DNA from: a virus | Taxonomy: Duplodnaviria > Caudoviricetes | Length of the DNA: 41,063 bases | Virus record (IMG/VR): IMGVR_UViG_3300021142_000073 | Coordinates: 1 to 41,063 of that record | Direction: 5' to 3' (one strand) | Shown here: piece by piece, positions 12,701 through 20,723 of the stretch | Layout of the letters: every line of letters starts with the position of its first letter | Numbering within the stretch: the first letter of the stretch is position 1 | Position numbers and translations under genes: made by a program | The notes under the pieces: model-generated | Seen by the model: only the letters and a program-made list of their open reading frames with translations | Told to the model about the DNA's origin: nothing | The model's database searches: none

Positions 12701-15700
12701 AAAATTAAAGATTATTTTTACAAAAATGCCAATTATAGTGGCGATAGAAATTATTTAATGGATGTGCTTGATGGTTATTTAGAAAGAAATGAATTTGGAA
12801 CAGCAATTCAAAAATATCTTTCAAGACCACAAAGAATTGAACTTCTTGAAAGTTTAGGATACGATTCGTTACTTGATAAAGGAGAACATATTGTTGTTTT
12901 CCATCCAGAACAAATTAAATCTGCAAAGAGTTTTACTTATGATGACAAAGGAAATGAAATTCCACTAAGTCAGCGTTTTGATAAAAATAATCCAGACATT
13001 AGATATAGTCCTGCTAATAATAATTATCGTGGCGGGGATGATTATTGGAAACCTAGAAACCCATTTGAGGATAAAGATGAACAAGGTTTTAGAATCAGAA
13101 ATGTTCTTGTAGATAATAGTGTATTAAAAAATGACCCAGAAGCACGAGGTGGAGAATTTCATCCAGAATATGTAGATTGGGAAGATATTGGTCATTATCC
13201 ACAAACAAGAGCAACACGTGAAGAGAATTCACATGAATGGAAAAATTCTGGATTATGGGTTGATGACAAAGAAAAAGGTATTCTTACAAAAAACCCAGCA
13301 AGTGAAAGTGATGATGTTGGATATACCCATGCGGAATGGTTTGATTCACCAAGATATAGACATGACGAATATCCAACACCAGATTCTTATGGTAGATATG
13401 AAAAACCAAGATATGATAAAAATGGAAAATTAATTGACAGAGGACGCATCAGTATTGCTCACAGAGGTTATGAACATTTTGAAGGAGCGGCTCAATTACA
13501 TGATATTAAAAAACGTGTTGCTGATAAACTTGGTGTACCTGTTAATCATATTGACGCTTATGCTTTTGGTTTTGGTAAATGGAAAAACGACTTTGGCATT
13601 AGCAATGAAGATAAATTGCCAGTCAAGTTTAGTCCTGCTGATGAATCTTCTGCTAGACAGCCAATTAAGATTAAATCTGAACTAGAAGATTTAGTTAAAG
13701 ATGTATTTGGTAAATATAAGCATCTAAATGCTAATGGATTTGCTAATAAACTTCAACAAATGGGCGGTGAACGTGGCTATAAAGGGTTTAAAGAAGCACA
13801 AGCCATTGGACTCATTGACCATATTTCCAGAAAAAAACCTAATGAAAATTTAGACCCTCAAGAAATTCTTCAATTTATTAAAGATAATGGTATTGATTTA
13901 AATGTAGAAAGACATGCAAAAAGTGTTGATATTCCAGACACTTCTAAATATGTTTCTGCTGGAACTAGAAGTAATTATGAAGATATTGCTACAAGAATTA
14001 ATGAACAACATGCTCATGGAATTGAAGGTCACTTTGGTGGAGGCGATGTAGTTGTTCATACAAGATTAGATGACCGTATTAATTCTGATACAGGCGAAAA
14101 ACATACTTTAGTGCATGAAGTTCAAGCAAATAATGTAGATAAAAGTAACAAAATTGCAACTCCAGAAGAAATTGAAAAAGTAAGAAAAAAACTTGCAGAA
14201 CATGAAGCACTTAAATCTCATTTTATTAAATTAGGAATTTTTAATGAAAAAAATGGTCATTTAAGAAATGATATATTTAATTATTTACACGACAATGATG
14301 CTTCAAAAATTATACGGCAAAGATTTGATTGGTCAAATCCCGAAGGAGAACATGAATTAGATTGGAAAGAACATGAAATTATTTTAAAAGATAAAATTAT
14401 TGGAAAGTATTATAAACTTCTTTTATCTCAACGTTTTCCAAAAGAACTTGCTGCTGAATTTGCTTTTAAAATTGCGTGGATTCAAAATAGAGAAATTAAA
14501 AGATTTTTAAAAAATAGTTATGAATCACAATCGCAGATTAATAAAACACAATATAATAATGATACATTTTCAAAAGATGAAGTTTTAAAAACTGCTATTA
14601 AAGAATATTCAAAAATCAAAAGACCATCTAAGGAATTGTTTGAAACTCATTTTAGTCCTTATGTAACTAATTGGTTTGAAAATAACAAAATAGGAGATGA
14701 AATTTCTTCAGAAGTTAAAAAAAGAATTATTGATGAATTAAATTCAAAAGAAATTAAACCTCATCTTCAATTTGATGATGAAGTAATTGATAAACTTGCT
14801 GACATTTATAAATTATTAGCAGACAATCCTTTAAGTAGTTCTATATATAAAAAAGAAGATTGGAAAAATGGAAAAGCACAAAATAAAAATGGGGCACAAA
14901 GTTTCAATCAAACATTATATGATGATTTAAAAAATAAAAAATTAGAATTTAAAAAATTACATCCAGAATTAGATTTTAATTATAATAATAGAAACGGTTG
15001 GGATGGGTTTGATGATTGGTGGAATTCAGCAATTACTAATTCAGCAGATTTTTCTGATAATATTACTAATTTAAAAACAACCTTAAAACAATTAGAAAAT
15101 TCTTTAAACCCAAAAAAACTCCCTTTATCTGATGTTAAAGAATGGTCTATTATTTCATTAAAAAACACTATTGAAAGAGCGATTGAAAGTGGAAGTCAAA
15201 ATGTAACTTTAACACATCCGTTTGATTCACCTCCGCACTCATTCATGAAACCAAATGCGGCTCAAAGACTTTACGGAGAAATTATTCCTAGTGCATGGAA
15301 GGAATGGCTTAAAAAATACAACATAGAAGTAAAACAATTAAATCCTGATGCCAAAATTGATATTCCTTGGGATACAAAAAATAAAAATACATTAATTAAT
15401 TTAAAAAATGAATATTCAGACCTTGCAAAAGATACAGAAATAAAAAGAAGAAAATTAAAAGGAACTTTTGAAACTGTTGTTGATAATGAAGAATTAAAAT
15501 CAAAAGAACATCCAGATATTATTCATGCTATTGAATCTTGGATGAATGTTGGATGGGAACATTTTGAAAATATAAATGTATATAGAGATAGAATTATAGA
15601 TTCAATTCAAACTCCAGAATTAAGAAAAACAATAGAAGCATTTTTTAAATCTGTTGAAAAAGAATACGAATTTATTTTGGGAAATTGCGATGAGGATAAA

Positions 15701-16024
15701 TTAAAGCAAATTATGACTGATACGGCTCTTAATCGTGGCATGACGTTTAAGATTAATGACAAACTTAGAAATGATTTTGCTAACAATAATATTAGTATTT
15801 ATCGTTCTCCAGCAGATGAAACGCCTAGAAACATTACTTGGCAGTCTGAAAACACATCAGCAGGTAGCATCATAAAAAATACTGCTGGTTATGTAATTAT
15901 GAAATCAATGAGTAAATATAGGGTTTATAATCCATACAAAGCATTAGTAGGCGTTTACGATGATGAAAAGACGGCTATGGGTAAGATTAACAAACTAAGC
16001 CGTACACCAAATGAACTCAGATGA
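6758..16024 (+). CDS. giant internal virion (ejection) polyvalent protein with zincin metallopeptidase and ADP-ribosyltransferase-like modules
   Basis: 3088 aa. Gly/Ala hydrophobic N-terminal region; HELFH plus downstream EEFGA (about 9560-9900); two HGT...G.FF...NP...GYD modules (about 11920-12250 and 12470-12920); modules delimited by [FYWR]SP motifs. Confidence 0.8.
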   Translation: MGEIFESNSGAFHNDPETGNKIPVITGNQDVDAKLNGMTNDERDEYFKQLNAPLKGEEIADLLQNAGQNGYKPTKEEFQTFKAYRDTIATDYLKNINDAATYMYGEGLYGLKHIATAGAGNPEALLMGGISPYELAESFARGTRNLGGMLLESEDPNSIFFKSSKMWRSMNESAYPWMQQSNNPDDLEYNTFLDALNFRLETEKLANGDETLLVGKNHIDNRFVEAASTITDPSWFVNAEELTIPLKLLTKSVVGVENLQRFNNVVGKAGAITNKIKNGVLGGALKFGGMPIEFIGNAVRGSIDTATELGGKAFNGLTGVPINDFKATAKLGTIGAGVSGIDVPLVAGAGKTYLGASLAIGVGEAMQAIGTQIMKGERGFMSYAEMALKESVENGVKLTEPAKNILKLIQSADPLFSYASNFGKGALHGAIVGGALGYLSDEEEGLSKGIGAGLAMGSMGALVSSTAGSISDASVNARAATQAKLVMESLKEHNPDRYNFFKAYYDYIETKRNNDPRLRALADKMVSGLDQIAPDVALHLLDPKGYLEVANRLGLDENARVRDATIGSLSNANPNERAIILSLLRDYSGRYAGRPEDFQREAESDVRELSPKQQELLKTKVEPRPQEPAQLHTDLPYGSQERIDSYNQSRAVKEWDAKYDETHFRNGHAKPAWMLKDVEARPTQYQMPYDQWKRLNPEEQQKVSKKQQDSKWDVSEWDRKYADTHDYTGKPLKGESLYFPDTPDRLANVKSLEQDAVNKHESQLREPQGPIKLQAIKQKWGSLSETGKRTFLDILKQHSELFKEKTNKEASAYYGDLLAAENARKAVLKAHNGNIDTNQVPDTLKAQKLAKDFLDAERNPDGSLTQRGKMIKTKLQHEGFVDENGNIMQRREAQRLPITLADLKSAKGITPERDANGRVHIYLNSDNMTRDTFPHELFHAIMRETAMRDMFIKPLVDKLLGTWKDGKQVSKPVVNLNEVYQFLDNYYKRLNKAIYSNSNKIYTPEAHQAFMENIKNAIDEYKNWDNSKTISNKTLALLHNAVEEFGANYFSHWLVDTPPDYLFRGGDLTGLRGIVDDVKYAWADYWESKMKYENPQFDFSGNLERGFFDKAGNRIKNASLDYMMRDILRAKANMNKGVWSPLRMSPDAVKAYVRGNGMANVIKTDVAGRPKLLKESEAEKLNRAAGIAINKIIEGLPPEDRVGLKKDADGNWTGRLNSKILDMIVQSGWRDRAWADKIEHAYRIIDGNAENVVEAGYLGATAQITDASWPRLTGKDVPFKNRKFLLYDATTKIGPDGTFHVLLHSLDMHVIENRANALWSNQEYRDLWYGNRGAMEADFFKYVQNASKPSSERLQSANLLNNGDGKGAERRNVLHQMLGMAKTDDNPYFNKPIAEIPQGWRQSITTFNIDRMTQMRTRAGERFDYNPENAHIALSHNWSPADMEYENTSNGQILKHDSEFKFIRVGNSTQAFDNLGRNLGSFRTAEEAAKASKKLFDTRVNNQEQGGQKLLEQNYERIVKFSPALSDEGKDEAFKKGDVYDTDEMKAFVKGRPLVAGGLTRQELIKNYWHNLIDSDGSKIKTFITQRYKEIKVQINNNNKQISVLRKKINNLDFGFRSSDDAQRILQNKEYISADDYPSELKSQIKNLTEQLKLLDSKNDLFSEFINTFESYTNKNDNYNGGFIYDKSFIVNMLEESNQSILFGHLYDDQIQTGKPFVTTATHGTSSIKLLTNKIFSEESLGNNTLCLSAEMGTFFAGSQETSTAYADKVKHQLRAAIAMDNPLVVSFPRAYDESFLSQHIQRAINGGYDGVVFKQLADPAYPDTIFCVLKGKTNDNIKVIESSIDKINRVPRGKMPDGSKPISIYQMNNGNTSHYHEFLAFSPNEEEPSQEVKQRAKEAGYRPTVYYHGTNRDFNVFDANAERQYGEKRNAGMFFFTPRLDEATNIHNDTSKVMPVFLKADNPFNTDLGKSPNFNVSDTKKIKDYFYKNANYSGDRNYLMDVLDGYLERNEFGTAIQKYLSRPQRIELLESLGYDSLLDKGEHIVVFHPEQIKSAKSFTYDDKGNEIPLSQRFDKNNPDIRYSPANNNYRGGDDYWKPRNPFEDKDEQGFRIRNVLVDNSVLKNDPEARGGEFHPEYVDWEDIGHYPQTRATREENSHEWKNSGLWVDDKEKGILTKNPASESDDVGYTHAEWFDSPRYRHDEYPTPDSYGRYEKPRYDKNGKLIDRGRISIAHRGYEHFEGAAQLHDIKKRVADKLGVPVNHIDAYAFGFGKWKNDFGISNEDKLPVKFSPADESSARQPIKIKSELEDLVKDVFGKYKHLNANGFANKLQQMGGERGYKGFKEAQAIGLIDHISRKKPNENLDPQEILQFIKDNGIDLNVERHAKSVDIPDTSKYVSAGTRSNYEDIATRINEQHAHGIEGHFGGGDVVVHTRLDDRINSDTGEKHTLVHEVQANNVDKSNKIATPEEIEKVRKKLAEHEALKSHFIKLGIFNEKNGHLRNDIFNYLHDNDASKIIRQRFDWSNPEGEHELDWKEHEIILKDKIIGKYYKLLLSQRFPKELAAEFAFKIAWIQNREIKRFLKNSYESQSQINKTQYNNDTFSKDEVLKTAIKEYSKIKRPSKELFETHFSPYVTNWFENNKIGDEISSEVKKRIIDELNSKEIKPHLQFDDEVIDKLADIYKLLADNPLSSSIYKKEDWKNGKAQNKNGAQSFNQTLYDDLKNKKLEFKKLHPELDFNYNNRNGWDGFDDWWNSAITNSADFSDNITNLKTTLKQLENSLNPKKLPLSDVKEWSIISLKNTIERAIESGSQNVTLTHPFDSPPHSFMKPNAAQRLYGEIIPSAWKEWLKKYNIEVKQLNPDAKIDIPWDTKNKNTLINLKNEYSDLAKDTEIKRRKLKGTFETVVDNEELKSKEHPDIIHAIESWMNVGWEHFENINVYRDRIIDSIQTPELRKTIEAFFKSVEKEYEFILGNCDEDKLKQIMTDTALNRGMTFKINDKLRNDFANNNISIYRSPADETPRNITWQSENTSAGSIIKNTAGYVIMKSMSKYRVYNPYKALVGVYDDEKTAMGKINKLSRTPNELR

Positions 16025-16319
16025 TAAAACCCTACTTGCTATTGTTGATGAGTTTAAGCGTGGAGGATGGGTTATGGGAGTCCTTGGTGCTTTGGGAATG
16101 TTGGCTAGGCTTATTCTTACGAACGAGAAGTTTATTTTATTCATCTGGATTCGTAAAGGCATTGCAGGTGGCATTGTGGGTGTTCTAATGTACCTATCCC
16201 TTTATGGTCTAGATATGTCCCCTATGTATAAAAGCGTTTTATGTTCCATGTCTGGTAGTTTTGCTCCAGAAATCTTTGAATCCATTAGATTACAAATTAT
16301 CAAAAAACTTAAACTATGA
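16011..16319 (+). CDS. holin
   Basis: 102 aa with about 3 TM helices and a basic C-terminus, at the end of the late operon. Confidence 0.65.
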   Translation: MNSDDKTLLAIVDEFKRGGWVMGVLGALGMLARLILTNEKFILFIWIRKGIAGGIVGVLMYLSLYGLDMSPMYKSVLCSMSGSFAPEIFESIRLQIIKKLKL

Positions 16320-17050
16320 AATACCTATTTTTACTGCTAACTTCTGGTCTTGTCGGGTGTTTAAGCACACAAGAACCTATTAAGCCAATTATTATTGATA
16401 ACCCTGAAAAAGACGTTTACATCAATAAACTTGAATCAGAAATTAAAGAAGCAGGTGCTGTATTAACCATTATCAATGAATCCCAAGAAATCACAAACCC
16501 TGCCGTCAAAGAACTTACCAAAGCAGAAATCCAGCGTCTTATGGCGTATTGTAAACCAGATTCACAAAGGGTTGATGTACTGCGTAAGACTGTTGCTCAA
16601 AACGACATTCAAACCATTAAAGCGGAAGAAACAAAAACTGCCCAATTGGTCAAGGATGTTGAAACGACAAGAGCGTTACTTAGTGAAAAGGAAAAGCAGA
16701 TTGCCATAGCCAAGGCTGATGCTGATATTCAGAAGGCTAATGCTTTGGAGGCTGATGCTAAGGCTTCAAGAGCATTTAAAGACAAGGTACTGTGGATGCT
16801 ATCCTGCGTAGGTGCTGGTTTAGCCGTTACTGGGCTAGCCGTAGCCGTCTTTACGCCATTTAAGACTAAGGGACTATACCTGTGTGCTGGTGGTGCAGTC
16901 TTTACTGCCTCAGCGTGGATTCTAGACTCTAAATGGATGGAGTACGCTATTGCGGCTACTATTATTGTATCCTGCTTAGACCTGCTTTATATCCTAGTTG
17001 AAAAGACTATTGTATATCTTCAATCGAAAAGCCGTTCCAAAACTCTTTAG
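16316..17050 (+). CDS. spanin-like lipoprotein (possible unimolecular spanin)
   Basis: Signal peptide with lipobox LVG-C, long coiled coil and about 3 C-terminal TM segments; overlaps the holin stop (ATGA). Confidence 0.55.
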   Translation: MKYLFLLLTSGLVGCLSTQEPIKPIIIDNPEKDVYINKLESEIKEAGAVLTIINESQEITNPAVKELTKAEIQRLMAYCKPDSQRVDVLRKTVAQNDIQTIKAEETKTAQLVKDVETTRALLSEKEKQIAIAKADADIQKANALEADAKASRAFKDKVLWMLSCVGAGLAVTGLAVAVFTPFKTKGLYLCAGGAVFTASAWILDSKWMEYAIAATIIVSCLDLLYILVEKTIVYLQSKSRSKTL

Positions 17051-17303
17051 GAATGTAGTTAAGGAATAAAGGGGTACGTGGACCAACGTACGCAGAACTA
17101 ATATTAAAATCAATGTATTCTTCTGCTTCTTCAATGGTCATCCCCTTATCCTCCATTAGTTCTACTGCCACCAAGTCAATTTGGTAAACGGCAACGATAC
17201 CATCCTTGGTGTTGGCTAGACCTACAAAGGCATTGTCAAATCCATCAGCGACTACAATATTTTCATCAATATCAGACAGGAATTGTTTAAGTTTAGTTTT
17301 CAT
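17007..17303 (-). CDS. conserved acidic phage hypothetical protein
   Basis: Pattern ADGFD.AFVG...VAVY...A.EY..FNI..AYVG..TP, recalled from a widespread uncharacterised phage family. Confidence 0.7.
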   Translation of the reverse strand: MKTKLKQFLSDIDENIVVADGFDNAFVGLANTKDGIVAVYQIDLVAVELMEDKGMTIEEAEEYIDFNISSAYVGPRTPLFLNYIPKEFWNGFSIEDIQ

Positions 17304-17539
17304 TTGAAAAAATAGTGGTTTACAGGATAACGGCGGTTACGTGCTGTTTGAATATAAAACGTTTTAATTTTAATCAAGTGCGGAGTTTCTTCTAATGCTG
17401 TACGCATAAGGCGTTCAGTTTTACTACGACCCCAACCGCATTGTTTAGCAATTTTGTCAATCGTAAGCCAACCTTTAGGAACTTCATCTGGTTTTCCTTT
17501 AAGAATGGATTCAATGTTGAGCAATTTTTTATTCGTCAT
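17300..17539 (-). CDS. small HTH-like protein
   Basis: WLTIDKIAKQCGWGRSKTERLM; overlaps its neighbours. Confidence 0.55.
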   Translation of the reverse strand: MTNKKLLNIESILKGKPDEVPKGWLTIDKIAKQCGWGRSKTERLMRTALEETPHLIKIKTFYIQTARNRRYPVNHYFFK

Positions 17540-18290
17540 AAGAGTAAATAAATTTGCTACCTACTTTATGTGCTTGCCAAACTTTCCAGTTATTACCTTC
17601 AACGTAGCCATAAAGCCAACCAGTACCCCATGTGCTGGTGTTAAGACGATTTTTGGAATAGCCCATAATGTCTTTCATGCAAAGGCAACCGCCACAAAAA
17701 CCAACAGTACCCTTATAACGGCGAGCATTTACCTGCATGATTAAATGAAGGTGTCCAATAAGGACAGCACCGCCTTCTAATCCATAATGTATAGCGTGTT
17801 CTTGAACTGCACGTGTTCCGCAGGTATAGCCATGACAGGTACGAACAGGACCAATAGAATAAACCCCTTTTTCTGCGTGATATGGTAAAATCTTTTTGCA
17901 ACCATATTTACGCAAGTAACGGTTAATGTCATCCATTAAGTCTTGGCAAGCATCTCGCTCAAGAGCATTAGTTGTAGTTGAAATAATTTGTTCTAACCTA
18001 TCTTCGTGATTTCCATTTAGGAAAACGTCTGGCTGATAATTCCTAATAAACCATTTACCAGCATCTACATCTTCTTTTAGAGATTCATTTCGCTCATTAC
18101 TATTAGCGTTTTTGCGAATACTGCGAAGGTCAAAACAATCGCCTCCATGAATCTTTATGTCTGGTTTAAACCATTTACAGAATTTAAATAACTCTTTAGC
18201 CGCTTCTACATCAACCATGTCTCCGTGGTTGTCAGATGCAAACACGAAATAAATACGTTTTTTATTCTTACGCTTTTTTAATTTTTTCAC
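17529..18290 (-). CDS. calcineurin-like metallophosphoesterase
   Basis: Complete motif set SDNHGD, GGDCFD, GNHE, HG and GHLH. Confidence 0.9.
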   Translation of the reverse strand: MKKLKKRKNKKRIYFVFASDNHGDMVDVEAAKELFKFCKWFKPDIKIHGGDCFDLRSIRKNANSNERNESLKEDVDAGKWFIRNYQPDVFLNGNHEDRLEQIISTTTNALERDACQDLMDDINRYLRKYGCKKILPYHAEKGVYSIGPVRTCHGYTCGTRAVQEHAIHYGLEGGAVLIGHLHLIMQVNARRYKGTVGFCGGCLCMKDIMGYSKNRLNTSTWGTGWLYGYVEGNNWKVWQAHKVGSKFIYSYDE

Positions 18291-18471
18291 GGCGTTGTCG
18301 TGGGTTGGATGGGAATTTCATAAGCATAGCAGATGCTCGTTGGTATAAATAACTTTTGGAAACCCCTAAGCACCTACTTAACTTCTGACAAGTTATACCA
18401 TTGTCAATAGCAAAGATAACCATCTCTTTGACATATCCACTACTGTATGCTTTTGTTTTGTGAATCAGCAT
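18268..18471 (-). CDS. small HTH DNA-binding protein
   Basis: ITCQKLSRCLGVSKSYLYQ. Confidence 0.55.
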   Translation of the reverse strand: MLIHKTKAYSSGYVKEMVIFAIDNGITCQKLSRCLGVSKSYLYQRASAMLMKFPSNPRQRREKIKKA

Positions 18472-18710
18472 ATCAATTTTGTGTACAATGGTTCTGCTTG
18501 TCCTGTCATAAGATAATTATTTTTGTTTGCAAAAGTGCAAGAAGATTTCCTGCAATCACAAGTAGAAAAAGAGTAAGGAATTGAAGTATCATCATTTCCA
18601 ATGTAAATGATTTCAAAACAATTCATACAACGCCAAGCAACAATTTCGTACTTAATCTTTGGACGTGTATTGTGCTTACGTTTCTTTACAGAATTTTTGT
18701 TTTTACCCAT
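18465..18710 (-). CDS. small Cys-rich (Zn-binding) hypothetical protein
   Basis: CMNC...CDC; likely start is the ATG at 18710 (MGKNK). Confidence 0.5.
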   Translation of the reverse strand: MGKNKNSVKKRKHNTRPKIKYEIVAWRCMNCFEIIYIGNDDTSIPYSFSTCDCRKSSCTFANKNNYLMTGQAEPLYTKLIC

Positions 18711-19057
18711 TCTCGGATAAGAGGATGACCTTCTGGAAGATGAGAACAAATCTTATCTCCAATTTCCTCTAATGCTTTTAACTTGGTTTTAATTTCAGCA
18801 ATATCTGACAATGATTGATTAGGGTGTTTTCCGTTTAAGCGGTCACACATTTCCTTTGGGGAAACTCCAATTAGCAAAGCGGCTGCTTTTACTGAATTAG
18901 ATTTGACATTAAACGGACGAACTTCCGTGAATCCTTGAGATTGTTCCATGATTTTTCGTGCTACTGAGATTGGTATGCAAACGTATTTATTTTTAGGACC
19001 AAGTCTTGCAACTGAGTACCTTAAATACGTAATGCCATCAGTTTTGACTTCCTTCAT
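18686..19057 (-). CDS. hypothetical protein (HTH-like segment)
   Basis: 123 aa, AAALLIGVSPKEM; part of the tightly packed minus-strand operon. Confidence 0.55.
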   Translation of the reverse strand: MKEVKTDGITYLRYSVARLGPKNKYVCIPISVARKIMEQSQGFTEVRPFNVKSNSVKAAALLIGVSPKEMCDRLNGKHPNQSLSDIAEIKTKLKALEEIGDKICSHLPEGHPLIREWVKTKIL

Positions 19058-19235
19058 TTAATTTATTGTACAATTCAACAATGTCTTTAACATTAACACG
19101 CTTCATTTTCTTATTCAGAATTAGATTAATGTATGTTTGATTGTGAATTTTAGTAGGCTTTAGGATTCGTGCTACGTTACCATCTTGTAAGATGATATAC
19201 TGAGAATCTGGATAGTTGATGTAGGATTTAGACAT
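19038..19235 (-). CDS. small hypothetical protein
   Basis: 65-aa ORF in the operon; loosely resembles a NUMOD4-like beta domain. Confidence 0.5.
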   Translation of the reverse strand: MSKSYINYPDSQYIILQDGNVARILKPTKIHNQTYINLILNKKMKRVNVKDIVELYNKLNEGSQN

Positions 19236-19246
19236 GGTAGTTAGGA

Positions 19247-19972
19247 TTAAAAGGGATTAGATTCGGTTTGTTCAGATTTTTCAGACAGATTCCAAAGACG
19301 TACGGCTTCGGCTTTGATAGCCAAATCCTTGTCGCTAGGTACTGTGTTTTCACCAAAAGGCTTTGGAGTCCAGCGATTAGCAAAGTAGTTTAAATCACCA
19401 AACTTTACTTCACGATTGGTTTCAATCTTGGGAAGGCTAGCCAATGGCTGACCCTTTCTGTCACCAAATGGAACTAGAATAGGTTTGCCAGATGGAGAAT
19501 TGCTAATGAAAGGCATAACTTCTTTAACAAATGTTTGAGCAACAGCAGGTGCTGGAGCAGAAGGCTTAGGCTTGTTAAAGTTGCTAGGCTTCTTTTTCAT
19601 AGACTGTGCTAAGGCATCATCATCTTCCGTAGCCACACCAGCGACAGAAGCCAAAGCATAACGACGAAGGTAGGTAATTAAAGCACCAGCATCTTGTCCT
19701 GTGGTGTCATCACCGCAAGGAATAAGAATGTCACCCGATACTTCATCACCTTGGTCATTAAAGATAATAGTGCGGACACCAACAGCGTGTTCAGTACCAA
19801 TAGGGAATTGCAAGATGGACAAACCATGTTTAGCAAAGATTGGTTTCAAAACTTCTAGGTGCTGTCCTAGGCTTGCGTATGTACTTTCATGATACGGATT
19901 AACAGAATCCGCTTTAATGTCCTTGGTTTCAGCAAGAACTTTGATTAACGATTGAGCGATGTTTTTATTCAT
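19247..19972 (-). CDS. erf: ERF-family single-strand annealing protein
   Basis: NPY..S.YASL, KHGL..LQ and Q..GA.ITY.RRYAL....G...EDDD motifs. Confidence 0.9.
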   Translation of the reverse strand: MNKNIAQSLIKVLAETKDIKADSVNPYHESTYASLGQHLEVLKPIFAKHGLSILQFPIGTEHAVGVRTIIFNDQGDEVSGDILIPCGDDTTGQDAGALITYLRRYALASVAGVATEDDDALAQSMKKKPSNFNKPKPSAPAPAVAQTFVKEVMPFISNSPSGKPILVPFGDRKGQPLASLPKIETNREVKFGDLNYFANRWTPKPFGENTVPSDKDLAIKAEAVRLWNLSEKSEQTESNPF

Positions 19973-19977
19973 GGGAA

Positions 19978-20118
19978 TTATTTTGTGTGAACGTTGATAA
20001 TAAATTTAATGTACGCTGAACGACTAAGTCCAGCAAATTTTGCGTTTTTATTTAATGTTTTAAGCATTTCTTTAGTAATTCGCAAAGTTAGCATTACTTC
20101 GTTTTTAGATTGATTCAT
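19978..20118 (-). CDS. 46-aa ribbon-helix-helix (Arc/CopG-like) regulator (not in ORF track)
   Basis: MNQSKNEVMLTLRITKEMLKTLNKNAKFAGLSRSAYIKFII; ATGA overlap with the upstream stop. Confidence 0.75.
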   Translation of the reverse strand: MNQSKNEVMLTLRITKEMLKTLNKNAKFAGLSRSAYIKFIINVHTK

Positions 20119-20588
20119 TTGTTAAAATAGAAATCTGCACGATTAAAAATGTGGCGTATTGATGATTTTAAAAACTTATGATTAGGATTAAATTCAAACG
20201 CTTTACCACCACGAAATCCCATATTGTAAGCCATGTAAAGACTTAATTTGGTAACATCATATCCTTTATTGTGCATTTGTAATTCTAAGTACTTTAAATA
20301 CCAAGTGCAAATTAACTTTGAGAAATCATAATCATCTTTTAAAAGATAATAACCTTTGTGAGAAACATGACACCAATTTTTGTAATCATTTAATTGACCA
20401 TATTCCATTGCATCTTCAAACGCGGCTCCGCTGATTTGAAATCCGCTGATGCTTTTTCCGTTATCACCAACAGCATGAGGGTTTCCGCTAGACTCAATTA
20501 AAAACACCCGATTGACGTAATCATCCGTAACAATCGAGCCACAGAGTTTAATGCAAAGAAGTCCTAATGCGTATAACTTTTTGTTCAT
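20115..20588 (-). CDS. SLT/lysozyme-like lytic transglycosylase (candidate endolysin)
   Basis: IESSGNPHAVGD.G...GFQI and AYNMG motifs; hydrophobic N-terminal signal. Confidence 0.8.
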   Translation of the reverse strand: MNKKLYALGLLCIKLCGSIVTDDYVNRVFLIESSGNPHAVGDNGKSISGFQISGAAFEDAMEYGQLNDYKNWCHVSHKGYYLLKDDYDFSKLICTWYLKYLELQMHNKGYDVTKLSLYMAYNMGFRGGKAFEFNPNHKFLKSSIRHIFNRADFYFNK

Positions 20589-20595
20589 TTCAGTA

Positions 20596-20624
20596 AGTGT
20601 TTACTATGTATTACTTAATGTCAA
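20596..20624 (-). promoter_or_regulatory. sigma70-like promoter, probably giving a leaderless mRNA
   Basis: TTGACA-17-AACACT, 7 nt upstream of the ATG at 20588. Confidence 0.55.
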
Positions 20625-20630
20625 GAGGTA

Positions 20631-20670
20631 AAAGAAAAAGGGAGAGAGTTTTTTTAGGACTCCCTCCCCC
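20631..20670 (-). terminator. Rho-independent terminator
   Basis: GGGAGGGAGT-loop-ACTCTCTCCC followed by TTTTTCTTTT on the minus strand. Confidence 0.7.
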
Positions 20671-20723
20671 AACCAATTACCAATGCTCAACCATGAGAGA
20701 GTGTTCCTATTTTTTTAAGTTTG

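Noticed and set aside
6758-16024. Virion RNA polymerase (N4/crAss-like) or alternative genetic code
   Set aside because: No RNAP catalytic motifs recognised; ORFs tile the genome well in the standard code and there is no suppressor tRNA.
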